Origin: the human T2T-CHM13v2.0 reference genome, Homo sapiens
Length of the DNA: 64,000 nucleotides
Assembly: GCF_009914755.1 (NCBI RefSeq)
Contig: NC_060938.1
Direction: 5' to 3' (one strand)
Position numbers and translations under genes: made by a program. Each line of letters opens with the position of its first letter. Positions within the stretch are counted from its first letter, which is position 1. The notes below the pieces were generated by a model. The model did not search any database. It was given only the letters and a program-made list of their open reading frames with translations, and had not been told where the DNA came from. Shown in pieces: positions 21,019 through 39,016 of this stretch.

Positions 21019-21059
21019 AGTTGGTATCATTTACAATAAAATAGGTAGGGGTAACCTAA

Positions 21060-22409
<1,350 letters not shown>

Positions 22410-22779
22410 TTAAAAAAAGGGGAAATGAATTTAATGAAAGGACTGCTCAAGAGTATAGCACTCATTGGATAAAAATGCTTGTATTATTATTTTTATTTTA
22501 GTAATTAATAAGTCTGATCTTTGATTTTTTGAAAAGTATTGGCCCAGTGGATCATCAGAGTTCACTACTGGGATAAAAATCTCTGTGTCACACAGTATCT
22601 CCTACGACTACTCCTAAATGACAGCAAAATACAATCCATGTAGTTCCCAATATATGAAGAGCTTCTGTTCTCAAAAACATTTTCAAGCATTTTTTGTTTG
22701 TTTGTTTGAATACACTGTGGGCTTCTGGGAACCAGTTTTGAAATTCTTTCCACTATTTATGACACTGTTCTGTGGAAAA

Positions 22780-23316
22780 TGTAGTCCCCCGTTATCTGGG
22801 GTTTCTCTTTCCTGTTTTGATTACCTGTGGTCAACCGTGGTCTGAAAATAGTAAATGAAAAATGTTAGAAATAAACAACTCATAAGTTTAAAATACCATA
22901 CCATTCTGAGTAGTGTCATAAAATCTTGCACCTTCTTGCTCAGGTGGACATGAATCAGCCCTTCGTCTGGTGTTTCCACACTGTATACACTGCCCACCAG
23001 TTAGTCACTCAGCAGCCCTCTCCGTGATCGGATCAACTGTCAAATATTACAGTGCCTGTTTTCAAGTCACTCTTATTTTACTTAATAATGGCTCCAAAGT
23101 GCAAGAGTAGTCATGCTGGCATATTGTTGTAATTGTTCTATTTTATTATTGTTGCTGTTTACCTCTCACTGTGCCTAATTTATAAATTAAACTTTATCAT
23201 AGGTACATATGCGTAGGAAAAAAACATAGTAAATATAGGGTTTGGCACTACCCTCAGTTTCAGGCATGTGCTGGGACTCTCTGAAGGTATCCCCTGGGGG
23301 TACAGAGAGACTACTA
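22780..23316. mobile_element. MER44B/Tigger7-type non-autonomous DNA transposon
   Basis: Termini gtagtcccccgttatc... and ...gagagactacta; about 540 bp. Confidence 0.65.
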
Positions 23317-23953
23317 TACTTAAAATTCCAGTAGAACACATCTTCCCCCTTCTCCGCAGCCACAAGAAAACAGGCACTAGGTGATGGGGCAATAGTCACG
23401 GAGACCAGCAGCAGCTGGAGGGAGGTGTGGGCAGGACTCAGGACAAGCAAGGCAAGGGTAACAGTAGACTGTTACCAATATACTATTAATTGGTCTTCTC
23501 TTACTCTTCACTTTCCTTGGCTAGAGTTTTACTCTTAACTGGGTCCTAAATATGATCTGTGAGCATCTAGATTATTACTCATTCATGAAATTTGAGTTGG
23601 AGTAGTCGCTGGGTGTATATAAGGTCCTTCCAGAGCCAAAACATGATTCCAAGCCATGATTCTTGTTTTCAGAGTTTATAATGTTTCCAGCCCAAATTTC
23701 TCTTCTTAGCTCCGGAAGCATATTTTCAACTGCCTCATAGACATTTCTGAATGTCCCACAGGCAGTTCAAAATCAACACATAGCTACTACTCTCCCGATC
23801 TCATCCACTCACCCAGTTATCCTCCTCTATTTCCTATTTCATTTATCAGTAGCTCCAATCACTGTCACCCGCCCCCACTCAGAACCTCCGAAATCATTTT
23901 GGTCTTCTTCCTCTCCATCACCTCTCCCATCCAGAATTAACTATGCCTTCTAA

Positions 23954-24238
<285 letters not shown>

Positions 24239-26148
24239 TGATCCACCCGCCTCGGCCTCCCAAAGTGCTGGGATTACAGGCTTGAGCCACCGCGCCCGGC
24301 TTTCTCTTCCTTATTTCAAACTTCATTTCTCATCTGAAGGATTGCAAGAGCCGCCTCACCCATCTTCCAGCTTCAAAACCTCTCCTAGTTCAAATTCATT
24401 CCTTACACTTTCAGTCATCTTTCCAAAAATATAAATGTAACCTAACTCCTGTTTTAAAACTTTCAATGGCTCCTCCATTCACAAAAACAAAAATTCAAAA
24501 TCGCTCAGAATTAACTTCAGGTCTCAGCTCAAAGGTCAGTTCCTCTGAAAAGCCTTCTCTATCTGAAGTTGGCCTCCACCACAACTCTAATGCCTGGTTT
24601 ATTAATGCCGCTTATCACCATCTATAATTCCTTTGTCTGTTTATGGAGTCATTATATGATCTCCCATCTCCCCCTACTTCCTTTATTTTTGAGACATGGT
24701 CTCATTCTGTCACCCAGGCTGGAGCGCAGTGGCATGATCTTGGCTCACTACAGCCTTGACTTCCTGGGCTCAGGTGATTCTCCCACCGCAGCCTTCAGAA
24801 TAGAGGACACAGGTGTGCACCACTATGCCCCTTATCTTCTGCCTCTCACTTAACTTTGCAGCTTTATTTTCACCACTCCTCACTAAATATTTTGTGGTTT
24901 AGTCACTTCAAAAGTTTCCCTTTCTCCAAATAAATTATTTGCACGTTTTAATTTTTATTTATTTATTTATTTATTTCTGAGGCAGAGTTTTGGTCTTGTT
25001 GCCCGGGCTGGAGTGCAATGGCACAATCTTGGTCCACTGCAACATGTGCCTCCTGGGTTCAAGCGATTCTCCTGCCTCAGCTTTTGAGTAGCTGGGATTA
25101 CAGGCGCCCACCACTATGCCCGACTAATTTTTGTATTTTTAGTAGAGATGGGGTTTCAACATGTTTGCCAGGCTGATCTCCAACTCCTGACCTCAAGTGA
25201 TCTTCCAACCTCAGCCTCCCAAAGTGTTGGGATTACAGGCGTGAGCCACTGCGCCCGGCCTCATTTTATTTTTAAAAATTGTTCTCTTTACCTGAGATGC
25301 CCTTCTACTCCTTCTGTCCACTTACCAAACCCTAACATATCAGGACGTGTCTGAAGTGACCTCTTACATGAAGTCTACCTTGACTCCATCCTCAATCCTC
25401 AATATTGTTCCTTTTAAATGCCTTAGGCAAGTAGCGTGATATCTAGCACATTCTAGGTACTAAATATTCATCAGCTGTGCTATCTAGCTGCCTCATTCTA
25501 TGGAAGGCTGAAACAAAAATAGTTTGAAGCAATTATAGACCAAAAGCATGGATGTTTAGCGTCCCTCTCTTCACTGCCTTCTGAGATGCCTGGCAGAGGA
25601 CAACATAAGCTGAAAAAGTCCCCATTCTTTTATTCATAAAGTACATCGTTAGTGCATTTTTTTTTTTTTTTTTTGAACAATGTCTTGCTCTGTTGCCAAG
25701 CTAGAGTGCAATGGCATGATCAGGGCTCACTGCAGTCTCAACTTCCTTGCCTCAGGTGATCCTCCCAACCTCAGCCTCCCAAGTAGCTGGGACTACAGGT
25801 GTGTGCCACCAAGGCCAGCTAATTTTTTTGATTTTTTTTTTTAGTAGAGACAACGACTTGCCACGTTGCCCAGGGTGGCCTAGAACTCCCGAGCTCAAGG
25901 AATCCTCTGCCTCCCAAAGTGCTGGGATTACAGGTGTGAGTGAGCCACTGTGCCAGGCCCCAGGGCATATCTTTACAAGCTGCTTTGAAGTCCATAGCCT
26001 TAATACATTATTGAATTATCTGGATCTCAGATTTTCAGTCTTTTAGGGACAACTATGCTACTGGGTCTCCAGCCAAAGCCACCTTGATGACAAGAGGAAA
26101 AGAGACTAAATGGAAGAAATGACAATCAAATATAAGTCTGTTTGCAGA

Positions 26149-26772
26149 TCAGCACTATTTAATGGAAATGAAGGCCACATATATAACTTAAAATTTTCTA
26201 GTGGTCACATTTAAAAAAACAGGTAAAATTAATTTTAATAGTATATTTTCTTTTTTTTTTTTTTGAGACAGGATCTCGTTCTGTCAACGCAGGCTGGAGT
26301 GCAGTAGTGAGATGACGACTCACGGCAGCCTCCACCTCCCACTCCAGGGATCCTCCTACCTCAGTCTCCGGAGTAACTGGGACCACAGGCAGGAACTACC
26401 ATGCCCAGCTAATTTTTTTTTCTTTTTTCTTTTTTTTTTTTTTTTTTTAACTTTTTGTATAGACGGGGGTTTCCCTATATTGCCCAGGCTGGTCTCTAAC
26501 TCCTGCCCAAGCGATCCTCCCACCTCAGCCTCCTAAAGTGCTGGATCACAGGTGTGAGACACCGTGCCCGGCTTACATTTTCTTTACTGCAATATATCCA
26601 AAATATTTCAACGTGCAATCAATATAAAAAGTGATCAGTGAGGTATTTCACATTCGTCGAACTGACACCCGTGCGTATTTTGCACTTCCAGTGCCTCCTA
26701 AACGAACTAGCCTCATTTCAAGTGCTCAGTGGCCCTAAGTGGCCAAGGGGCTACACTAATGGACAGGGCAGG
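26149..26772. mobile_element. MER33 (hAT-Charlie) split by an antisense Alu (26251-26572)
   Basis: aaaattttctagtggtcacattt...atttcaagtgctcagtggcc...ggacagggcag. Confidence 0.6.
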
Positions 26773-27940
26773 TCTAGGTCCTGTGTTTTTCCCATTCGGA
26801 GTCACCAGTCCTACTAGACATTCTGTGAAAAAAGGGAAAGCCTTTGTGAAACTTCCTGAGGACTCACAAATGCACATTATTACATTTAGAGTTTAGAACT
26901 TTGGTTAAGGCAGCGTCCTGTATTTGATTCTTTCCCTCTTCCTCTCCGCTAACCCCCTATGTGACACCGTAGAACTTATAATTCGTTCTAATTCGCAGAT
27001 GGAGGGCATATGAGAGAGGAGGCTCTGCCTCAAACACTTTCTCAAACTTTTGCCGAGGGGTGGCGAGAAGGTAGACTTCCAGGTCCCACCCGATATAGAT
27101 TAAGGGCTGGAAACACAGTCAAGGGGAAATTATGACCAAGACAACCTTTGCTAAAATGCCAGCGGTGACTGCCATTGATGTTCCTATAAAAGGTCAGCTC
27201 TGTCAGGAAGTTCCAGTGCATCATTTGTTCAAAAGTAAAATCAGCCCGTGTTCCAGAATTCGCGGACTGTCGTCAGTCCTAACCTACACATTTATTCGTT
27301 CAACAAATATTTCAGCGCCTGGGTCAGGCATCAGGAATACACTGGTGGTTAAAACAGACGGAAAGCTCCATCTGGTGGGACGCAGTCTGGGAGGGAAAGG
27401 GAGTCCTGGGGACATGTTTTCGTCGGCTCTAGGCTAAGCACCTCTCGCCGTAGCACACGGGGTCGGCACCGCTGCCCGGCGAAGTACTTGTTACTTTGCA
27501 GTCCAGTACGAAGCGGCGGAGTAACCGGTTCCAACCCAAGGCAGCGACTCATGCGAGTCGTTCTAAGCGCCGCGCTGGGGGGTACATACGGTGCACGCGT
27601 GGGTGCCTCACCCCCTGGCAGCGCCTCCAGGGACGCTGCTCCGGGAAAGAGCAGCCGCCGCGACCTCAGGCGGCGGGAAAGGTGGGACCTCACAATGCGC
27701 CGGAAGCGGTGCCTCGTGGCTTGGGATCTCTCCGGGTTCTTCCTTGCGCCGTCCACGCCGCACTGCCCACGAGGGCGTCCCCGCCCGAGGGACAACTCAC
27801 CGCCCGGGGCCTCCCTGAGCGTTCCCTTCCACCATCTGACACCCACTGCTAAGTGTGAGAGGACCCAGGGGGTAATTGCCGGGCCGCAGGCGGCCTTAGG
27901 AACTCCGCTTCCCGTGAGGCTTCGCGGCGGACGGCGCTGG

Positions 27941-27952
27941 TGCGCAGGCGCA
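27941..27952. promoter_or_regulatory. NRF1 binding motif
   Basis: TGCGCAGGCGCA just upstream of the presumed transcription start. Confidence 0.7.
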
Positions 27953-28010
27953 CGCACGGCGTGCGTGGTGGCGTCAGCAGTTCTAGAACGTTGCTGTGGT
28001 AGCGCTCGGG

Positions 28011-28019
28011 CGCCATGTT
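28011..28019. promoter_or_regulatory. YY1 motif overlapping the uORF1 start codon
   Basis: CGCCATGTT matches CGCCATNTT. Confidence 0.6.
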
Positions 28020-28050
28020 AGGACGAAGGGGAAGGAGGAGAAGCGCTTAA
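28015..28050 (+). other. PAPOLA uORF1 (MLGRRGRRRSA*, 11 aa)
   Basis: gccATG with G at -3, TAA at 28048; requires a start site upstream of 28015. Confidence 0.6.
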
Positions 28051-28128
28051 AGCGGCGGGAGCGGTGCGGGAGAGGGGTTGGACCCAGGGCTGAGGCAGGC
28101 CCCCCCCTCCCTCCCGCCTCAGTGGATC

Positions 28129-28170
28129 ATGCCCAGGGCGGCAGCGGCGGCGGTTGCGGGGGGGAAGTGA
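28129..28170 (+). other. PAPOLA uORF2 (MPRAAAAAVAGGK*, 13 aa)
   Basis: atcATG with A at -3, TGA at 28168, ending 25 nt before the main ATG. Confidence 0.65.
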
Positions 28171-28195
28171 CTGGGCGGTGCCGGCGCCGGAGACG

Positions 28196-28203
28196 ATGCC
28201 GTT
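28196..28203 (+). CDS. PAPOLA: Poly(A) polymerase alpha, exon 1 coding part
   Basis: acgATG CCG TT|GTAAGT; joins T CCA of exon 2 to give MPFPVTTQ. Confidence 0.93.
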
Positions 28204-30135
28204 GTAAGTAATTTGTATTCTGTTTTCTTTCGCTCGCCGGCTGGGCCTTGGGGGGCGTCCGGGAAGGGGAAGAGGTAGGCGGAGAGGGTGGCACGCGAGC
28301 CCGACCCTCCCCGCTGGTAGGAGGCAGGCAGGACTGGGGACCTTCCTGTTTCCTCGCTCGCTCGCCGCCGCACTTCCCCCCGTGTGCTGGGTTCCCGCGT
28401 CCCCCGACCCTTCCTGGCTGGGTCAGCTGCCGTCGGGCCGGGGGCCTTCCCCTTCCGGAATTGCTGGCGGAACCTCTAACTCGCCCGGCCACTCCAGCTT
28501 CTCCGCCCCGTCCACAAAGAAAATCAAAACAACCCGAAAACAAAACATTGCCTGGTGGTGGGGAACCACGACCCTGCTGCACGCGGGATCAGCACTTGGG
28601 GTTCGGGCTCGCTCTCGGCGCCCCTCGGGCCCATTCGATGTTGCTTTTCTGTTCCTGGTCTGTCTCAGTTTGCTCACTCTCTTCCTCCCATTTCCAGATG
28701 CCTGTCTTGTGCGCCGGAGTTAGCCCCTTTCCACTGACCTTGTCTGAATGTAGGAGCACGAGTTAAAAGCCCAGCTTTGAGCGTTGAGTCCGCCTGCCTC
28801 CACCTCCGCCTCCCTAGCATTCACAGGCGGTCGGAGAAGGGGGCACTTCACAGGGTGCCCTCCTCCAAAACGACTTATGTATTGCTTTCCCTGTTTTGTT
28901 TTGATGGGGTAACCAGGTTTCATTCTGTTTCCTTCTTTCTCTATCTCTGGTGATACTTTTTTTTTCCTGGTTGTAAGGCTTGAAGCTAGTCTCTTTATGC
29001 TTTCTAATGCCACTGCGCCTTTTTCTTTTCTTGGTGGGTTTTTAAAAAGTTTTTTTCTCCCCTCCCCCTTTCTGATAATGAGATATAATTTGGCAGCTCA
29101 TTGCCAGTAGATTACGGATTTTTTTTTTCCTGCAAATATACAGCATTGTAGAGGCCTAAATAGTGAGACTGCATTTCTTCCATTTTTGAATATTGAAGCG
29201 TAAGAGTGCCTCTTTGAGACCAGGGACCGAGTTTTCTTCATCTTAGTAGCCTCAAAACGCAACATGTAATTGACACTCAAAGTTTTGGTTAAATTCAGGA
29301 TAAAGATTTTTGTGGTTTCTAGACATCGAATGTAGTAACTCAGGTCTATTTTTTTTTTGTAAGTAAGGATAATTTCTTTAGCACATAATCACCGATTGTA
29401 GTTTTACAATTATATATGTGTGTGAATGTGTTTCTTTACAGGTGAGACTCTAACTTTGGCACAGACCTTAATGACTTCTATCGCAATTTATGTATTTTAA
29501 AAGGATTTTCCATGGCTCCCACCCACCCCCTTAGGTTATTAAGAAGTCTATCACATTACTTCTGTGATGAAAACGTTTGTTAGACTTAACTAACTATACA
29601 GGTCTAAAATCTTGGAATCTGCATGGTTTCTGTTTATTGATTTTTCCCTTTCATAGAATAAGAGACCCTAGGAGAACTGAGTCTAAGCAAGATTGTTGTG
29701 GTGTTTCTCAGTTCAATAGGAGATAAATGTTTGCAGTGATGTCGTGATGACTGCGTTATTAAGTTAACATTTTGCTGTCTTTGAAAAGGGACTTCTTTTT
29801 CTGATAATCATACCAGCATTAAAAATGATAGATGTAAACCTTAAAAGGCTTCAATGAAGAAATAACATTAAGTAATTTGTGTCTTATTTCTAGGAATTAA
29901 AAGTACTTTTATACCTACTTTCCCCCAACATTCTTTGAAGAGGGAAGGTATACATTTCTGTGAAAGACCTTAGGTATTTCAAATTCTTCGCGAGTTAGTT
30001 CAAGTGTGTAAAATGGAAGACGGGGCCAGGCGCGGTGGTTCACGCCTGTAATCCCAGCACTTTGGGAGGCCCAGGCAGGTAAATCGCTTGAGGCCAGGAG
30101 TTTGAGATCAGCCTGGGCAACATGGCGAAACTTCA

Positions 30136-30465
<330 letters not shown>

Positions 30466-30743
30466 CTATATTGTGTTTGGCTTTCATTTTTGGTATACCT
30501 GTCCTAATGTTAAATTTGGATGGGTGAGTGGCATTGGGGCATGGACCCTAGGTGAGTTGTCGGAATGAATTTAAATCAAAATTATCGAAATTTAGGATAT
30601 TACAGAACATTTTGATCAAGTGTCCATATTTTGTCTAAATTTCATATGTAGCTACAAACATACTTTTGGAAAGATTATAGTCTGATTTAAGAGTCATGGT
30701 GGTGAAGCTTCTGAAAGTTTTGATAGTCTTTGGATCCATTAAA

Positions 30744-30953
30744 CAGTTTCTCACCTAGTCATTATTGACATTTATGCCAGATTCATTCCTTGCAGGTGCC
30801 TGTCCTGTGTATTGTAGTTTAACAGCAGCCTTAGCTTCCACCTACTGGATTCCGGGAGCTCCACCCCTCCATTTCCCCAGTAATGACAATCAAAAATGTC
30901 TCCAGATATTACCAGATGTGCCCTGGGGTGCAAAATCTGGTTGAGAACCACGG
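30744..30953. mobile_element. MER20 (hAT-Charlie)
   Basis: caaaaatgtctccagatattaccagatgtgccctgggg...ggttgagaaccac. Confidence 0.7.
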
Positions 30954-31269
30954 CATTAACGAAAAGTGTGATGCCCTTATGGAAACTAGATGTATTTCTG
31001 CCCTACTCTGTGTTGGTCAGATATTTTTGGCATCAGCTCAGTTCTGAGTATCACACATATGATAAAAAGGTGTGAAGGAGAGTAACCAGTATCAGTAGCA
31101 TTTATGCCACATGCATAGAATGTTGTCAAAGTTACCAAAAAGAGTTACTGCAAGGTTTAGGCGAGACAATAGCAAAAATGTTTTCGGGGGCTGCACAAAA
31201 AAGAGGGAATTGTAGTAGTTTTACATCGCCATAACAAGCAGAACTGGTACCTGCTGGTGGATGGTCTGT

Positions 31270-33390
<2,121 letters not shown>

Positions 33391-33448
33391 AAATCCTGCT
33401 TGAGAACAGCTGCCCCAAGATGAAGTAGACTTTTCAGTGGTGGTATGA

Positions 33449-33841
<393 letters not shown>

Positions 33842-34655
33842 TGATTTAAATAAAATTTTTTTGTTGTTGTCAGTGAAAAACAATATAGTAGATAACCTTT
33901 AGGAAAGATAACAGAACTGTGGGAGATTTTGATTCTCAGATTTTAAAATTTGGAGTTTTTGTAGTGAATTGCTGCTCAGTAAATGTTGATTATGGTTTTG
34001 AGATGTGGTGTTCTGCCTTAAACATGTTTTCAGTCCATATTTTTTGGTAGAGAAGTTGGAAGGCAAGGTATTGGAGTTGAGTAAATTTATGAGCCTACTC
34101 AGTTCCTATCCCTGATTGTTTTCCTCACCTTCTTAAGGCAGAAGCCAGTTCTGGCTTGATAACAACTTTGAAAATGTTTTGGCTCATCAGAACATTCTAT
34201 TCTTGGGTAACTAAGTCAACTTTAGGTTAACATTACAATTAAATTTCATCTTCAGTTTTATCTAGGCAAGTTTATAAAGCTAGCTTCTTTCAGGTAAAAT
34301 GAGACCATTTGGCTTCTTAGCTAGTTCTCATTTTGGGAGGGTGTGTGTGTCTCTTTTATTCTGTATGTTCAGGGTTCTAATTACCTAGCAGCTTTTAAAT
34401 AATTGGACAATGCCAGTTTATGATTTACAAAGCAGCAACATTATAGGAGGTAATTGGTTCCCCTAAAAGTTGGTTAAAGTTGAGGCTCAAAAGAATACCT
34501 GACCAAGGTCATAAAGGTACTAAATTGTAGATTGGGGCTTAAATCAGCTCTGGATTCTGTGTTGCATTGTCATTCCAGTACACTATACCATCTCCTGTGG
34601 ACACTGTAGGGAACCATGTGTGGTTAGCTCAGTTGGAGTCTTTATTTATTTTTGA

Positions 34656-34949
<294 letters not shown>

Positions 34950-35179
34950 TAGTTTCAAGTAGAATTAATTTTCAAGCTCAATTTTTTTTGTGTGTATAAC
35001 ATGTAAATCTCAAAGTATTTACATAATAAAAATATATACAAAAGTATATAAACAAAAGTAACATATAGTGTATACTTGTAGTATACACAGAATGTAACAT
35101 ACTATAGAACCTGAGATCTTGTGCATTGCTTAATGATTGGATATATTCTGTAAAAATGTGTTATTTTTCAGATTTTATT

Positions 35180-35465
35180 GTGGGAACAGTGTACTTAACA
35201 CAAACCTAAATGGTATAGCCTGCTATGCACCTAGGCCTATGCACCAATGATATGGCCTGTTGCTCCTAGGCTATAAACCTGTGGCAGCATGTTACTGTAC
35301 CGAATACTGTAGGCACTTGTAACACATTAGGAAGCATTTGTGTATCTAAATGTATGTAAACACAAAAGGAATAGTAAAAATACGGTATTATGCTGTTATG
35401 GGACCACTGTTATATGTGTGGTCTGTCATTGACTGAAGAATTCTGTTAACGTGGCACACGACTAC
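35180..35465. mobile_element. Tigger3/MER7-type element
   Basis: acacaaacctaaatggtatagcc...gctcctaggctataaacctgt...tatgggaccactg. Confidence 0.6.
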
Positions 35466-36840
35466 TTTCAGTGGCTTTATTTGCATATATATTCTTATTT
35501 AAAGCCATGCACAGATTTGCCACTTAGACGCCGCTTTGTTGTGGCCAGTACCTTTTGTGGGAGTTGCTTTTTTTTTTTTTTTTTTTTAATCTTTGGATTG
35601 TATGTAGGCCTGCTGAACTGTATAGCAATCTCATTTGTGGAAACCTAAGGATTTGGGAAAGAAAAAATAAAGGCATTCTGTTAGATTTCTTTCTTCCTCT
35701 TTTGTTACAGAATTATTTTTCAAATTTTTATTCCCTCTATATTTTGTCCAGAAATTGGATTCTTGGATTTTACGGCAGTTTTTATAATTTTGAGGTTGAT
35801 CAAGAATAGTGTTTGTCATTTTGATCATTAGAAACATTTAAATTACATTTCCTGAAATTAGTGTCTGTAATACTATGACTTACTATAATCTTGACTATTT
35901 TCTGATACATTTTCACACTCTTTCGTACTTTTTCAGGTCCTGTTTCATACTTTATTAAATTTACATTTCTTTCATTTTCAAGTTGTACTTGGCAAGTTGA
36001 TGTAGCAGTGTACAATTTGGCTTTTTTTTTTTTTTTTAAGTTTCTCCTAGCCATATGAGAGAGAGGGACACAACACACACGCGCGCGTGCGCTTGTGCGC
36101 AAAGGGGCAGTTGGAAGTACCCTTTGGAAGTGAGGAAAAATAACTTGGCCATTGTAGTAATTGAACAGCAAGTACCCTTTCTCTGCATAAGCAACCTTGA
36201 ATTTTCAGTTTGGCCTTGGGCTTTATCATACATACTTTATTCCCCTTGAGCATAAACAAACTATTAACATCATCTTTGAGCCTCTGCTGCTGCTTTACTA
36301 AATATTGGCTGGATGGCCCACCTGCAGTACGTTTTTAAGAATATAGTGGGATCTAAATATTTTTAGTACCACTTACACAGAACACCTTACGGTGGGCCAG
36401 TTAACCATCGTTTTAATTTCTTAGCAAATAGATTATTTTGGCGATAATCTTGCCTGTAAGCTACTATCATGCCGTATACCTTGTGAAAAAGGAGATTGTA
36501 TTATTTTGGCTAATAATTAATATTTAATGCACATTGAGATACTTTAGAGAGATCCCTTGTATCTTTTCTGTTCATGTCCTTTGAATGAGCACATTAAGGT
36601 TAAGACCTTTAAACAGCAAATTCTACTGTGATGAATTGTTACTTTAAATAAGTTAACTGTAGTTTATCTGATTGGTTTCAAAGAAGAATATTTAGCAAGT
36701 TTGGCTTTCAGTTTTAACTCTATCATGCAAATAATAAAGTGTTTTCTGTTAAGTAGTAGCTATAAATTGGGGCAGTTGACTCTGTTAATATCATGGGCCA
36801 CAACTTGTTCCAAATGCCTAATATCACTAGGTGGGGATTA

Positions 36841-37008
<168 letters not shown>

Positions 37009-38545
37009 TTAAATTGAGATGCAAAGTACTTAAACATTAACTATTTAAGGAAAACACCAATGGAAATATGATGTTCTGTCCTTTTGTGTGTTAGTCGTCT
37101 GCCTAGATTACGCCTCTCCTTTCCGATCATTTACTGTGTACACCTTCTGGCATAGTCATGATTTTATCTTTGTTTCTTTAATGGTTTTTTTCCCAAACTT
37201 CTACTTTGCACTTGTTGTTTAAGGATCTGAATCCCAGACTAAATTTGAGATTGTCATTGAAAACAGAGACTACCTTAAGCATCTTTGTATTTCTGATTTT
37301 ATTTAGCATTGTCTTTTATGCATATTTAGGAATTTGGTACATTTCAACCTCATAAATACTGTACTTTCTGACAAAAGGTAGATGAGAAAAAAGTGCTTTT
37401 AGGAAAATTGAGTTGATGTTTAATAACTTGGCCGCCCTAGCAGCTTCCTGGAGCAATAAATAAAGCAATATTTGCTTTGGATTTACTATTTCTAGCCACA
37501 GAGTATTGCACTAAAAAGCTATTTTAAAAATCTTTGTTTATTTCACAAAATAGTGTTTTAATTAGCATAAACTGAGTTTTTAGCTAATAACCAAAAGCTA
37601 ATTATTGTTTTAATTTGAAGATTTGTTTGGTGCCCCTTGCTGCCATTATAGGGGGTTATTTTAGCCTCCTTGCTATAACTATTCTAATTTAATGGTGAAC
37701 GGTAGAATTAGTTGACTTTCAACTTTTGCAAGATTATTAATATTTACTTTAAATAATTTAACATGTTGAAACAAGTTTATAAAATATAAGGTAAAATTTT
37801 ACGGTCTCAATTCTGCTTGATTGTGTTTCTATGAATGTGTTATGGACATAATATACAAATAGTTAAAAAAAAAACTGGGTGTCATGGTCCATGCCTGTAA
37901 TCTGAGCTATAAGGGAGGATCGCCTGAGCTCAAGAGTTTAGATCAGCCTGGGCAACAGAGCAAGACACCATCTCTAAAATTAAAAAAATATATATCTTTA
38001 TCTATATGACTACATATTGTAAATGATGTGCAGAGGTGCCTCAGTATAGAGATGATTATTATAGGCTATGATATCAGCTATCTGGGTTCATATTCTGGTC
38101 CAGTAAACTTAGTCAAGCCTTCTTTCTTAGTTTAATAGTAAGAGTTGTTAGAAAAAATTGGGAATAATGTAAAGTGCTTGACTTAATACGTGGGTTATGT
38201 TGAAATTTCAGTAGATGGCAGCTATGATCGTAATTATATTCTGCAACTTTTTTTTCTCCTGATACACATGCTGCTAAACATACTATCTCATTGCTTTATT
38301 TTGGCATAGTTTTAAGTTGTAAGCATGTACTGTAATTAACAAGTTCTTTACTGATGGATATTTAGGTGGTTTCCAGTTTTACTTCATTGCATACTCTGCT
38401 CAGTGAACAACCTTGATTACCTTTCTGTGTTAGTTCTGTGAGAAAGGTTCAAATTCCAGAACCTATGAGATCAAGAGAGTTAATTTACAAATGAATGAAC
38501 TAAGTACCAAAGAAGCTCCCTTTTTAGGGGATAGCCCTGGGATAG

Positions 38546-39016
<471 letters not shown>

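Larger units (their letters stand above)
27400..28760. promoter_or_regulatory. PAPOLA: CpG-island promoter of PAPOLA, probably bidirectional
   Basis: Abrupt GC/CpG-rich block in an AT-rich background, spanning exon 1; no obvious TATA box; E2F-like GGCGGGAAA 27672, ETS-like CCGGAAGCG 27700, NRF1, HSE-like and YY1 motifs. Confidence 0.92.

Noticed and set aside
27349-28766. Long overlapping ORFs on both strands (202, 177, 172, 151 aa)
   Set aside because: Expected from stop-codon scarcity in a CpG island; low-complexity Arg/Pro/Gly content and no recognisable domain
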